DNA of 64,000 bases from Microthrixaceae bacterium (GTDB lineage: Bacteria; Actinomycetota; Acidimicrobiia; Acidimicrobiales; VFJN01). Where the stretch lies: positions 3,383 to 67,382 of the forward strand of contig JBQTKH010000015.1 in assembly GCA_052386335.1 (NCBI GenBank), read 5' to 3'. The position numbers and the translations under genes are program-made. The first letter of the stretch is position 1. Each line of letters begins with the position of its first letter. Below, one piece after another: positions 40,068 through 48,557 of this stretch. The notes under the pieces were generated by a model, which worked only from the letters and a program-made list of their open reading frames with translations, made no database searches and was not told the DNA's origin.

Positions 40068-40112
40068 TGGAGCGGACGACGGGATTCGAACCCGCGACCC
40101 CAACCTTGGCAA
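40068..40112 (-). other. truncated tRNA-Gly(GCC) 3' half (anticodon loop to CCA): putative att site / island boundary
   Basis: The reverse complement, TTGCCAAGGTTGGGGTCGCGGGTTCGAATCCCGTCGTCCGCTCCA, is a tRNA-Gly(GCC) anticodon loop, 3' anticodon stem, variable loop, T arm, acceptor 3' strand and CCA. Sequence 5' of it (40113-40160) has no D arm and no complementary acceptor strand. Confidence 0.7.
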
Positions 40113-40429
40113 TGTCGTTCAGGCCGTCCAGCCAGGCTCGACACGTGCCGTCACCTGGGCATCAGTCCAGCCCGTCGTCCGGCCAGTGGGCCTGTTTCCG
40201 CCCTGTAGTAGAGCGGTCTACTGAGGATCCGCCGCGTCATCGGGGACGAGCTTGACGTCGTCCTGCCGGCGTCGGATGGCGGCATCGAGCACCACCGGGA
40301 AGGCAGGGTCCATCAACGTGCGCTCGGCGATCATCTCGTCGAGGAAGTCGTCGGTCACCACAACGACGATACCGACCCGCCGGGAGCTCGTCGGCCGACC
40401 CGGCTCGGAGGTTCCCCTAGGCTCGGCTC

Positions 40430-41131
40430 ATGGACGACGCCACCGCCATCGCCGCGGCGACGACCCTCATCGAATCTCTCGCCCCACGCGGCGCGCCCGT
40501 TCCGATCCGCACTCCGCTGTTGGCCGACGAGTGCCGGTGGTTCCTTCGCTCGGTGCAGGCGGGAGTTGTCGAGTTCGATGCCTGCACGGCGGCGTGCTTC
40601 CGCTTCAAGAAGTGGGGGTCGGGGCCAGACCACTTCCTCACGCCCGCCGGAAAGCCCCGCCACCTGTTCTCGAAGCCCGACGATCAGCAGGCATGGCTGA
40701 ACCGCGAGTACGTCCCGCACATCGCCGCCTACGCCAAGGCGATCCTGCATCACGGCTACGACCGGGACCGCAGCTCGTTCTCTCGATACCGAGCGTTCAG
40801 CCGCGACCTCATCGTCAAGAAGGCCGGCGGCAATTACGAGACCGACGCCGAGTTCTACGGACACGACGAGACGCTTCTCCTCCAGATCGAGGCCAAGGCC
40901 AGCGAGCGTCAAACCCAAGCACTCGCCCGAGCGATCGAGACCCATGGCTCATTGCGCGATCTGCCGACCGCCGCCGCGAAGGAGATCGAGTACGTGCTGG
41001 ACCTGGCGCCTCGTGTCCTGTGGATCGTCGGCCCAGGTTCCGTCGACCCAGCGAGATTCGTCTACGAGGTCCACCTCGACGGGCCGCTCAACGCGAGGTT
41101 CGAGCGCATCGAGGACCTTCCGGCCCCTTGA
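40430..41131 (+). CDS. hypothetical protein with a possible PD-(D/E)xK nuclease motif
   Basis: 233-aa ORF with coding-like composition. YETDAEFYGHDETLLLQIEAKASE fits D...(D/E)xK. No family recognised. Confidence 0.5.
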   Translation: MDDATAIAAATTLIESLAPRGAPVPIRTPLLADECRWFLRSVQAGVVEFDACTAACFRFKKWGSGPDHFLTPAGKPRHLFSKPDDQQAWLNREYVPHIAAYAKAILHHGYDRDRSSFSRYRAFSRDLIVKKAGGNYETDAEFYGHDETLLLQIEAKASERQTQALARAIETHGSLRDLPTAAAKEIEYVLDLAPRVLWIVGPGSVDPARFVYEVHLDGPLNARFERIEDLPAP

Positions 41132-41209
41132 CCGTCACCGCTGTGTCTCAGCGCGGCTCATGCGAGCTTCCGACCTTTCGACGGTGCGGTCGCCTCTTGC
41201 TACCGCCGG

Positions 41210-41986
41210 TCATAGGAGCGGGAACACCTCGGAGATGATGAGCTCTGCTGCAGCATCGACGTCGTATCCCTCCGGCCACGATGTCACGAGGGGCACCAGG
41301 TCGTTGCGGAACGCCAACGTCGGGACTTTGTCCCGGAGGTTCTGCTCAGCCCGGGCACGTGTGTAGCCGTCCGGCCGGTACGGGGCGAAGCAGTCGACGA
41401 GGTCGGCGGCGGAGACACCGAGACGCATCATCGCGAGCCACAGGTCGAACAGGTCTCGGCCCTTCGATCGCTGGAAGAGCGCGCGGATCTTGGTGGCGAC
41501 GAGCTCCTCGAGGCTGAACGTCAGGACGTCAGCCGACGCTGCGTACCAGGGTGACTCGACGGCGAACGGCGCTCTGACGAGGCCACGGGCGGGTGATCGC
41601 TCGAAGGTGTTCACCTCCACCTTGATCCGCATTGTTCCGCCACCGGACTCGAACGGCGAGCGTAGGTAGATCTTGGGGTGTTGCCCGATTCGGGTCTGCA
41701 CGTCCATCCCGAGCCGTTCGCCAATGGCGGTGGCGGCCTGCGTGAGATCACGGATCCCGCCACCCGTGCGACGCACGTAGTCGAGGTCCTCGCTGTAGCG
41801 GTAGGGCCTGTCCGCGTACAGCTTGTGGAGGCACGTACCGCCGCGGAAGACAAGCTCCTCGCCGAGGTACGGGTCGTTCGCGATCTCGATGATGAGGCGC
41901 GACAGGAGCAAGTCCTGCTCGACCTGCTCCTCCGTCGCCCACCCGACGGAGGTGCCCCAGGCCGTGATGGAAGCGCGCGGGATCAC
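41210..41986 (-). CDS. abiEii: nucleotidyltransferase AbiEii/AbiGii toxin family protein (type IV TA)
   Basis: GTG at 41986 overlaps the abiEi stop (GTGA). LVFRGGTCLHKLY...YRYSEDLDY is the AbiEii NTase motif. Confidence 0.85.
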   Translation of the reverse strand: MIPRASITAWGTSVGWATEEQVEQDLLLSRLIIEIANDPYLGEELVFRGGTCLHKLYADRPYRYSEDLDYVRRTGGGIRDLTQAATAIGERLGMDVQTRIGQHPKIYLRSPFESGGGTMRIKVEVNTFERSPARGLVRAPFAVESPWYAASADVLTFSLEELVATKIRALFQRSKGRDLFDLWLAMMRLGVSAADLVDCFAPYRPDGYTRARAEQNLRDKVPTLAFRNDLVPLVTSWPEGYDVDAAAELIISEVFPLL

Positions 41987-42813
41987 AGGTCCGGCTCCAC
42001 GGCTCCGTTGACGATCACGTTCCACCGCTCATCGAGGTGGCCGCGCCGCGGGCCGTGCGCATCCAGCGGGGCGGGCGTGCCGCGCTTGCCAGCCACGTGG
42101 TGGAGGGCGTCGGTGTTGACGCTTGTCCCCACCTCGTTGGCCACAAAGTCCAGGAGCCACCCCGCCCGTTGGGATACCGACGTCGGGTAGGTGGTGGCGA
42201 CGTCGGCCAGCTGGTCGAGGTCGAGCGCCGTCTCCTGAACCATCTCCGCCAGGATCGTTGCCACGTTGGACAGGCCACCACTGTGGAGCGGCCGCGACAC
42301 GAGATCGAGGGCCGTTGCCTCCGCCGTGGACACCTGCATCGTTCCTGTCGGGGTGTTCCTGGTGATCGTCGGCCGGGAGCCCGCATCGGACGACGTAGCG
42401 AACGAGAGCTGCACACGACCGAAGGAACGATCCCGAAGACGCGCTGAGGTCATCACCTGGAACTGCTGAGGTCGCTGATGCGCGAACCCGTGAGCCTCAG
42501 CGGCCGTCAGGAGGCACACGTAGTAGTCGTGTCCGAGGTGACGCATGAGCGGGTCGATGAAATGCGACGCCGGAACAGCACCCCACGAGCGGTACTCCGG
42601 CGGGATCGGGACGTACACCCCCTTGGTCGGGCTGAACAGCAGCCCTCTGTCGCGCCAGCGCGCCAGCGACGGCGAGACGTGCGCTAGCGGCATCCCGAGC
42701 AGCGTCGCCGCCTGCTCGGAGGTGACCCAGTGCCTGCCCCTCGCGAGCAGCCAGTCCGCGAGATCACGCGGTCCATCAGGCCGGTCGGTGATGGTCGGGG
42801 TCATGTCGGCCAT
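41983..42813 (-). CDS. abiEi: AbiEi family antitoxin/transcriptional regulator
   Basis: 276-aa ORF. N-terminal winged HTH (VTSEQAATLLGMPLAHVSPSLARWRDRGLLFSPTKGVYV) plus a C-terminal AbiEi domain. It lies directly upstream of the AbiEii gene. Confidence 0.85.
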   Translation of the reverse strand: MADMTPTITDRPDGPRDLADWLLARGRHWVTSEQAATLLGMPLAHVSPSLARWRDRGLLFSPTKGVYVPIPPEYRSWGAVPASHFIDPLMRHLGHDYYVCLLTAAEAHGFAHQRPQQFQVMTSARLRDRSFGRVQLSFATSSDAGSRPTITRNTPTGTMQVSTAEATALDLVSRPLHSGGLSNVATILAEMVQETALDLDQLADVATTYPTSVSQRAGWLLDFVANEVGTSVNTDALHHVAGKRGTPAPLDAHGPRRGHLDERWNVIVNGAVEPDL

Positions 42814-42842
42814 GTATCGATACTAACCCTGATCATTAGTAT
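42814..42842. promoter_or_regulatory. palindromic operator-like sequences upstream of abiEi
   Basis: Perfect 10-bp palindrome GTATCGATAC (42814-42823). It overlaps the inverted repeat ATACTAA-N9-TTAGTAT (42820-42842) in an A/T-rich gap immediately 5' of the abiEi start. Confidence 0.35.
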
Positions 42843-42905
42843 TGGTACATAGTCAACAACGAAGGGCCGTCCTAGGCCAGCTGCCCGTTGGAGAAGTCGA
42901 ACAGG

Positions 42906-43787
42906 CTACGGGCCAACGGGGCCCTCGCCACCCGAGAACCACCAGCCGTGATCCTCCCAACCCTTTGCGGTCGCGAACGAGAACACCCGCATCGGAGTGA
43001 ACGCGCTCACCACCCACACACAGTCGACCTCCGGCGGGAGAACCGCCGGCACGCCGGGCGGCCCCCTGTCCGGCTCAGCGCCAACCCCCGGAGCCATCTC
43101 GATGGTTGCAGGGCTGCTCTGGTCAGCCCAGATGAGCAGATGCGACGAGTCGCACCTGGCCTCCCTCAGTTTCCTGCGATTGCCTTCGTCGAGAAGGTGG
43201 GGCGTGATGGCATCTACGACTGGGTCGCGCGAGACCGCGCCGCCGGGCGGCGTGACATGAGGGTGGACGATGCCATGTCCGTCGGCTCCCGTCGGATCGG
43301 TTGGCATCACGGACCAAGCACCGAGGTCCCGCAGGGACTGGCAGATCGCGGCCAGGGCGCCGTGGCTACCTCGATTAGGAAGGGGCATCGCCCTTACCTC
43401 GCCGGCGAGCTCAAGCGCATGCAGCAACGCTGCCGCTCCTTGCCCGGCGGCCTTGAGGTCGGCCGTGATGTCAAGGCCTAGATGCCAGTCGTGCGCCAGG
43501 TGTGGACCGTCCCAATGCACCTTCTCGCTCGCCCCCACGGTCCGCCGCCAGGCGGGATCAGTCGCGATCGTGACCTCAATCGCGATCACCCGTCCGCTCG
43601 ACAGCGCGAGGTCGTAGTCGTGCACGGATGCGGGTCCCCCACCCGGATCCCGGCGTATGGGAGTTCCGCCGAGGATCGACGCAAGCAGCACCGCGGCCGC
43701 GTCCTCCTCGTCCCACGGCAGCATCTGCACCCCGAGAACCGTAGGGCCGCGGCGGTTGGCGCCCCCGAGGGATTTGTGTCGGGGCAT
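42906..43787 (-). CDS. hypothetical protein with a possible PD-(D/E)xK-like motif, downstream of the STAND NTPase
   Basis: ATG at 43787 (alternative 43724) in ORF 42906..43973. VHDYDLALSSGRVIAIEVT resembles a nuclease-fold core. It starts 40 nt downstream of the NTPase stop on the same strand. Confidence 0.45.
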   Translation of the reverse strand: MPRHKSLGGANRRGPTVLGVQMLPWDEEDAAAVLLASILGGTPIRRDPGGGPASVHDYDLALSSGRVIAIEVTIATDPAWRRTVGASEKVHWDGPHLAHDWHLGLDITADLKAAGQGAAALLHALELAGEVRAMPLPNRGSHGALAAICQSLRDLGAWSVMPTDPTGADGHGIVHPHVTPPGGAVSRDPVVDAITPHLLDEGNRRKLREARCDSSHLLIWADQSSPATIEMAPGVGAEPDRGPPGVPAVLPPEVDCVWVVSAFTPMRVFSFATAKGWEDHGWWFSGGEGPVGP

Positions 43788-43827
43788 CCGGTCGACCAAC
43801 GGCCGTACGGCCTCGAACACGGCGACC

Positions 43828-45246
43828 CTAGGAAGCCAGGTCGTCGAAGATGCTGCGCTCGCGACTGGGGGGCTGGGAAGGAGGCGCTTGCTCGTCCTCG
43901 CCCCTCCACTCAACTGCACCTTCATCGACTTCTGGGTTTGCGTGGCGCTCGAGCCGATGCCGCGCTGCTTCAACCTCGGGCCGATCTGGGTAGCGGCTCT
44001 CGTATCTGCTCAGCGACTCCTCCGCGTATGAGAGATCGCCCTCGGAGTTGCTGAGGTCTTCGGCGATTCGATCATCGAGCGCGTCGATGCCGGCGAGGAC
44101 GCGCCGATCGAGTTCATGAAGCTCTGTCGGACGGAAGAAGCTCATCCAGTCCTCATTCGCTAGGAACGAGCCGTCGAGACCGTCGGCTGCGTACTCGGTC
44201 AACGTCGCCACCAATCCTCGGCGATCGTCCTCGGTGGCGAGTTCCAGTCTGAGGAGCGTCGCTGCGAGCTGACGCTCGTTGAAGAAGGCGGTGACCTGAC
44301 AGCCGACGTCGAAGACCATCTCCACAAGGTCAGGCATCGCATCAATGATGGTTCTGAGAGCGCTCTCATCACACCGTCGTGCGAGGAACGGGAAAGCCAG
44401 CTTCTTCCACTCTGAAATCGAGCGCCACCCGTCAGTCGGCTTCGACCTGGTCAGCCGTTCAGCAAGCGCCCCGTAGAGAGAGCCGGGCACGATCAGCGCT
44501 CCCTCCAGGCCCACATCACCACACGTGACCGTTCTAACGAGTTCCTCCAGTCGAGCGCTCGCTACGAATTCCGCGAGTAGCTCCGGGTGGCCCGACAGCC
44601 AGAGCTGGTAGGCGTCGGTGAACGAAGGGTGATGGAACTGCCACCAGCGATCCTGACCGACAGAGACCAGCCGCAGCAGGCTGCCATCAAGCGCCGGAAG
44701 CGCCGCAATCGCGTTGGCAAGGGTCACGCCGACGCGACTTAGGAAATCAGCGTCGCCGGGCGACGCCACATAGGGACTCGGCAGTCGTCCGCCCCGGAGG
44801 TGGACAAGTCCCAGGGCCGCTCGCGAGGCGGCGTCGAGGTTGTTGAGCACCTCGAGCAGGAACTGCGTGGGCCGACGAATGAAGCCCAAGAGGCTTTGCT
44901 GATTCCGAAATTCGACACTCCGTGTGAAGAGCGGGTCGCCAAGTCGCCGGGCTAGTTCCGGCAGGAAGCGGGCATCCCGAGCTACGCCCTCAAGGTGAGC
45001 GATTGGTATCGCTCCCAGAAGGGAGGGCTCCTGGCGACCGAGGCGGAGATGGTTGTAGAGGATCTGTTCACGTTCCTCTCTGGTGAACGACTGGACCTCG
45101 ATGACGACGCTTGCCTCGTCGAGGAGTGGGAACGCGCTCACCTTCAGGTCGCTCCTCGCAGCGGCATAGACGTAGTCCCGTGAGGTCACGATGAATCGAG
45201 CGCCGCCGCGCAACGCGGCCCCCAGCAAGTTCGCTGCCTGGTTCAC
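43828..45246 (-). CDS. STAND-type NTPase, C-terminal part (post-Walker-B NTPase lobe, winged helix, helical sensor-like region)
   Basis: The 472-aa ORF starts at a GTG that overlaps the upstream stop (GTGA). RFIVTSRDYVY, REQILYNHL and WWQFHHPSFTDAY resemble the NTPase/WH modules of nSTAND/AVAST-like proteins. Confidence 0.6.
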   Translation of the reverse strand: MNQAANLLGAALRGGARFIVTSRDYVYAAARSDLKVSAFPLLDEASVVIEVQSFTREEREQILYNHLRLGRQEPSLLGAIPIAHLEGVARDARFLPELARRLGDPLFTRSVEFRNQQSLLGFIRRPTQFLLEVLNNLDAASRAALGLVHLRGGRLPSPYVASPGDADFLSRVGVTLANAIAALPALDGSLLRLVSVGQDRWWQFHHPSFTDAYQLWLSGHPELLAEFVASARLEELVRTVTCGDVGLEGALIVPGSLYGALAERLTRSKPTDGWRSISEWKKLAFPFLARRCDESALRTIIDAMPDLVEMVFDVGCQVTAFFNERQLAATLLRLELATEDDRRGLVATLTEYAADGLDGSFLANEDWMSFFRPTELHELDRRVLAGIDALDDRIAEDLSNSEGDLSYAEESLSRYESRYPDRPEVEAARHRLERHANPEVDEGAVEWRGEDEQAPPSQPPSRERSIFDDLAS

Positions 45247-46052
45247 GCATTCGAAGTCGTGGACTCGTACTGCGTTGCGCCGAAGCCATCATCCAGCCAG
45301 AAGAACTGATCCGTCTCCCGCGGGTTCCATCGATCCTGAAGATCCTCGATGCGCGCCAGCTTGACCGGCCGCGCTCCGTACTGATCCATCGCACCCAGCG
45401 CGAGGCTGGCAGCGATCGAGCTCTTCCCGGATCCCGCCTCTCCTAGCAGCAACGCGAAGCGGTGCTCTCGGAGCGCTCGGTGAGCCGCTCGGTGGGCCTC
45501 GACGGGAACCAGCCGAGCCAGCTGGTCGTGCATCATCGCGAGAATGGATTCGGCTTGCTCGTAGGCCCGCTCGTCGAGAATCTCCGTTAGGTCGCCTAGC
45601 CCATAGAGCCGAGGAACAAGAGCGCGAAGGGCCTTGTGCTCGGTCAGCAGCTCACAAATCGCCTCGTATCCGAGAATCCGAACCTGATTCACGCCGGCGG
45701 AACGGAAAGCCCTCTCGATCGCCTCCGCCGAGGTGCCCGTCAGCCGATGGTTCGTCATCAGGACATAGAGGCCGCACCGCCCAGCGCTCGCGTGCTTCTT
45801 TGCCTTTTCGACATCATCGGCGACGTCCGAGAGCGACAGGTGCGCTGATTCGTTCGACGTGTGCTTGCACTGAAGGATCGATGGCACACGAGATGAACCG
45901 TCCTCCCACGGCCCGTAGAACGCGCCATCGCGTCCCCCATCGGGCCCGCGCGAATAGGCCTCGACTGGCTGTTGCCAGACCTCACGGCAGACGGTCCGAC
46001 ACAACTGCTCGAACGAGAACCAGCCCAACTGGTGAAGCTCAAACTCGAGCAC
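45243..46052 (-). CDS. Mrr-like restriction endonuclease domain fused to a P-loop NTPase N-terminal part (Walker A and B)
   Basis: GPDGGRDGAF...ILQCKH is an Mrr_cat-like D..D..QxK core. Walker A is LLLGEAGSGKSS and Walker B is FFWLDDGFG. The ORF stops right after Walker B. Confidence 0.65.
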   Translation of the reverse strand: MLEFELHQLGWFSFEQLCRTVCREVWQQPVEAYSRGPDGGRDGAFYGPWEDGSSRVPSILQCKHTSNESAHLSLSDVADDVEKAKKHASAGRCGLYVLMTNHRLTGTSAEAIERAFRSAGVNQVRILGYEAICELLTEHKALRALVPRLYGLGDLTEILDERAYEQAESILAMMHDQLARLVPVEAHRAAHRALREHRFALLLGEAGSGKSSIAASLALGAMDQYGARPVKLARIEDLQDRWNPRETDQFFWLDDGFGATQYESTTSNA

Positions 46053-46458
46053 AGCGAAGTCTGCCAGACACGCGTCATCGCCGGTTCACGACCTGAGCCG
46101 TCCGAGCCCTCCCCGCGACACGACGTGTCAAGGGGGACCGCCGCCGATCGTCGATTACTCCGCTGGCGGTCTGCCCATCGCCGAGGCGACCGAACACGCC
46201 CACATCGAGTTCCATGTTGTGAGCGCGCCGTTGGGCACGGGACCGCCGTTCGGCATCGTGGCCATCCGGCAGATCCTGTGACGGCTCGGTCTCAGACGGA
46301 GTCCATCCGCACGAGCTGACGCGGGATGCACACCCCGACGGCGCAGTCGGGCCGACGGGGCCCGCGCGCGCCGGGAACCTACAAGGCAGCGGGCCACCCG
46401 GGTGTATCCTCGACGCCACGTGGTTCCAGGCAGTGGAACCGACAACCGAGGAGTGCCG

Positions 46459-47868
46459 ATGCGGATCTTGAAATCCGTTACCCCAAGCGCCGAGCAGCTG
46501 AAGGTGCTCGGCGACGTCAAGCCCGGCTTCCGGCTGATCCGAGGAGCTGCAGGCAGTGGCAAGACCACCACCGCGCTGTTGCGCCTTCGGGAGCAGACTG
46601 AGACTCGCCTGAACCGGCGGGAACGCTTTGGCCACGACGCGCCGGTGAGAGTCCTAGTCCTGACGTTCAACCGGACCCTCGAGGGCTACATCACGGAGCT
46701 CGCCCACAAGTCCACGCCGCACAACGAGGCGCTGGAGCTGGAGATCAAGACCTTCAGCCGGTGGGCGCGGTCGCTCGTGGGGCAGGTCGACATCCTTGGC
46801 CGGGACCAGGCCGCGGCAATCCTTCGCCCTCACTTCGAAAGGCTCATTGGGTCGAAAAACCTCGAGTACTTCGTCGACGAGATCGAATACATCCTCGGGC
46901 GGTTCGACCCGTCCGACATGAGCCCCTACGCCACCGTCCTTCGGGAGGGTCGGGGCAACGCTCCCCGTGTCGAGCGCTCGCTCCGCGAAGCCTTGTTGAC
47001 CGAGGTGATCCCCGCCTACGAGGCGGAGAAGGCCAGGCGCGGCATGATCGACTGGAACGACCTGGCTTTGCTCGCGAGAACAGCTGAGCCGGGCCTGCTC
47101 TACGACGTGGTGATCGTCGACGAGGCGCAGGACTTCTCCGCCAACCAGGTGCGGACCGTTTTGCAGCACCTCCAGGAGAGCCACAACACGACGTTCGTGC
47201 TCGACGCTGTCCAGCGCATCTACCCCCAGTCGTTCAAGTGGGCCGAGGTTGGCATCAACGCTCGACCGGAGATCATCCACACGCTCGCGGCCAACTACCG
47301 CAACACGGCCGCCATCGCCGCGTTCGCTCGGCCGCTCGTGGATGGCCTCCCGCTTGAGGACGACGGCACGTTGCCCGACTTCAGCGTCTGCGACCGGCCG
47401 GGGACCAAGCCGATCGTCGTCACGGGCAAGTACAGCGCTCAGTTGCGGGTGATGCTCGACGAACTCGAGCGAACGGTCGACATGAAGGAGGAGTCCATCG
47501 TCATCCTCCAGCCTCGCGGTGGCGGTTGGTTCGATGAGGCCCGCAAGGCTCTCCGCACCCGGAGCATCCACTTCTGCGAGCTCACCCGGCAGAACGAGTG
47601 GCCGACCGGACCTGAGGTGGTCGCCCTGTGCACGATCCACTCCGCCAAGGGCCTCGAGTTCGATCATGTGCTCCTTCCGGGCCTGAGCCAGCAGGTCACG
47701 CCTCACGGTCCGGATCAGGAGGACGGGGATCTGCAGAAGCTCCGCCGCATGCTGGCCATGGCCGTCGGCCGTGCCCGCAATTCGGTGATGGTCGGTTACA
47801 AGCCTGGCGAGGAGTCGTCCCTGATCGGCCTCCTTGATCCGTCGACCTACAAGTTGGTGGAGGCGTGA
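46459..47868 (+). CDS. UvrD-like SF1 helicase (short, ~469 aa)
   Basis: ATG at 46459 in ORF 46402..47868. Motif I is RGAAGSGKTT and motif II is VIVDEAQDFS. ANYRNT and TIHSAKGLEFDHVLLPG are also present. Confidence 0.85.
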   Translation: MRILKSVTPSAEQLKVLGDVKPGFRLIRGAAGSGKTTTALLRLREQTETRLNRRERFGHDAPVRVLVLTFNRTLEGYITELAHKSTPHNEALELEIKTFSRWARSLVGQVDILGRDQAAAILRPHFERLIGSKNLEYFVDEIEYILGRFDPSDMSPYATVLREGRGNAPRVERSLREALLTEVIPAYEAEKARRGMIDWNDLALLARTAEPGLLYDVVIVDEAQDFSANQVRTVLQHLQESHNTTFVLDAVQRIYPQSFKWAEVGINARPEIIHTLAANYRNTAAIAAFARPLVDGLPLEDDGTLPDFSVCDRPGTKPIVVTGKYSAQLRVMLDELERTVDMKEESIVILQPRGGGWFDEARKALRTRSIHFCELTRQNEWPTGPEVVALCTIHSAKGLEFDHVLLPGLSQQVTPHGPDQEDGDLQKLRRMLAMAVGRARNSVMVGYKPGEESSLIGLLDPSTYKLVEA

Positions 47869-48557
47869 TGACGATGACATGGGCACCGGAGGCAGCCCCG
47901 AAGGCCGCAGACGAGGCGATCGCGGGCGAACCCCACCCGGAGGTTGTGGAGGCAGCGGTCGCCCGTGACATCACGAGCGTCGTGCATTTCACCCGGACAA
48001 CGGGGCTGAAAGGGATCGCGGGATCGGGTTGCGTCAAGGCACGCCGAGATCTGCCGTCTGATGACCTTGTGAAGTACGTCTACTCGGAGAACGCTGCAGA
48101 CCGTTCGCGCGACTTCTCCTGGCTGGGCTACATCAACCTGTCGATCACTGCCATCAACCCGTCGATGTTCGAAAGTTCTAGGGGGTGGCATCCCAATGAC
48201 GAGTGGGTCATCCTTCGTTTCTCCCCCGACATCCTCGGAGACCCTGGTGTCGTGTTCTGCACCACGAACAACGCGTATCCAGTTGCGCACCGCGCTGAGG
48301 GCCTTCCCGGTTTCGAACAGATGTTCGCCCCTGCGGTACCGTGGGGGAAGTTTGGATCGACGGTGACACGGAGTGGCAAGCCCGACAGCCGGACGACCTG
48401 CCCGCAGGCGGAGGCGCTGTACCCGTTCGAGCTCGAGCTCGACCGCCTTCACACGATCACCGTTGGCGACGACGACACCTACGAGACGACCTACGCGATC
48501 TTGAGCAACTTCGACATCAACCCCAACATCGAACTCGACCCAGGGGCATTCGCATGA
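47865..48557 (+). CDS. DarT-like (DUF4433-like) ADP-ribosyltransferase
   Basis: 230-aa ORF whose ATG overlaps the helicase stop (ATGA). It has an H-F-T motif (SVVHFTRTTGL), INLSITAINPSMF, VVFCTTNNAY and a QAE catalytic-Glu context (CPQAEALYPFE), as in DarT toxins. Confidence 0.65.
   Translation: MMTMTWAPEAAPKAADEAIAGEPHPEVVEAAVARDITSVVHFTRTTGLKGIAGSGCVKARRDLPSDDLVKYVYSENAADRSRDFSWLGYINLSITAINPSMFESSRGWHPNDEWVILRFSPDILGDPGVVFCTTNNAYPVAHRAEGLPGFEQMFAPAVPWGKFGSTVTRSGKPDSRTTCPQAEALYPFELELDRLHTITVGDDDTYETTYAILSNFDINPNIELDPGAFA

Noticed and set aside
40113-40160. Attempt to extend the tRNA-Gly fragment into a complete tRNA gene.
   Set aside because: The sequence 5' of the anticodon loop (tRNA sense) has no complementary 5' anticodon stem, D arm or acceptor strand (GCGGACG expected). 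Only the 3' half is present.
40221-40361. Short minus-strand ORF (~47 aa, VVTDDFLDEMIAERTLMDPAFPVVLDAAIRRRQDDVKLVPDDAADPQ) just inside the island boundary.
   Set aside because: It is below the ORF-track length cut-off, has no recognisable family and its start is uncertain. It could be a small antitoxin-like gene or a remnant, but I cannot support a call.
46053-46458. ~400-bp gap between the divergent Mrr-NTPase and helicase genes, examined for a small gene or structured RNA. Track ORFs here are 45972..46319(+), 46075..46635(-) and 46155..46670(-).
   Set aside because: The ORFs are Arg-rich and non-coding-like. I saw no repeat array or convincing conserved RNA structure. I treat the gap as a divergent promoter region.
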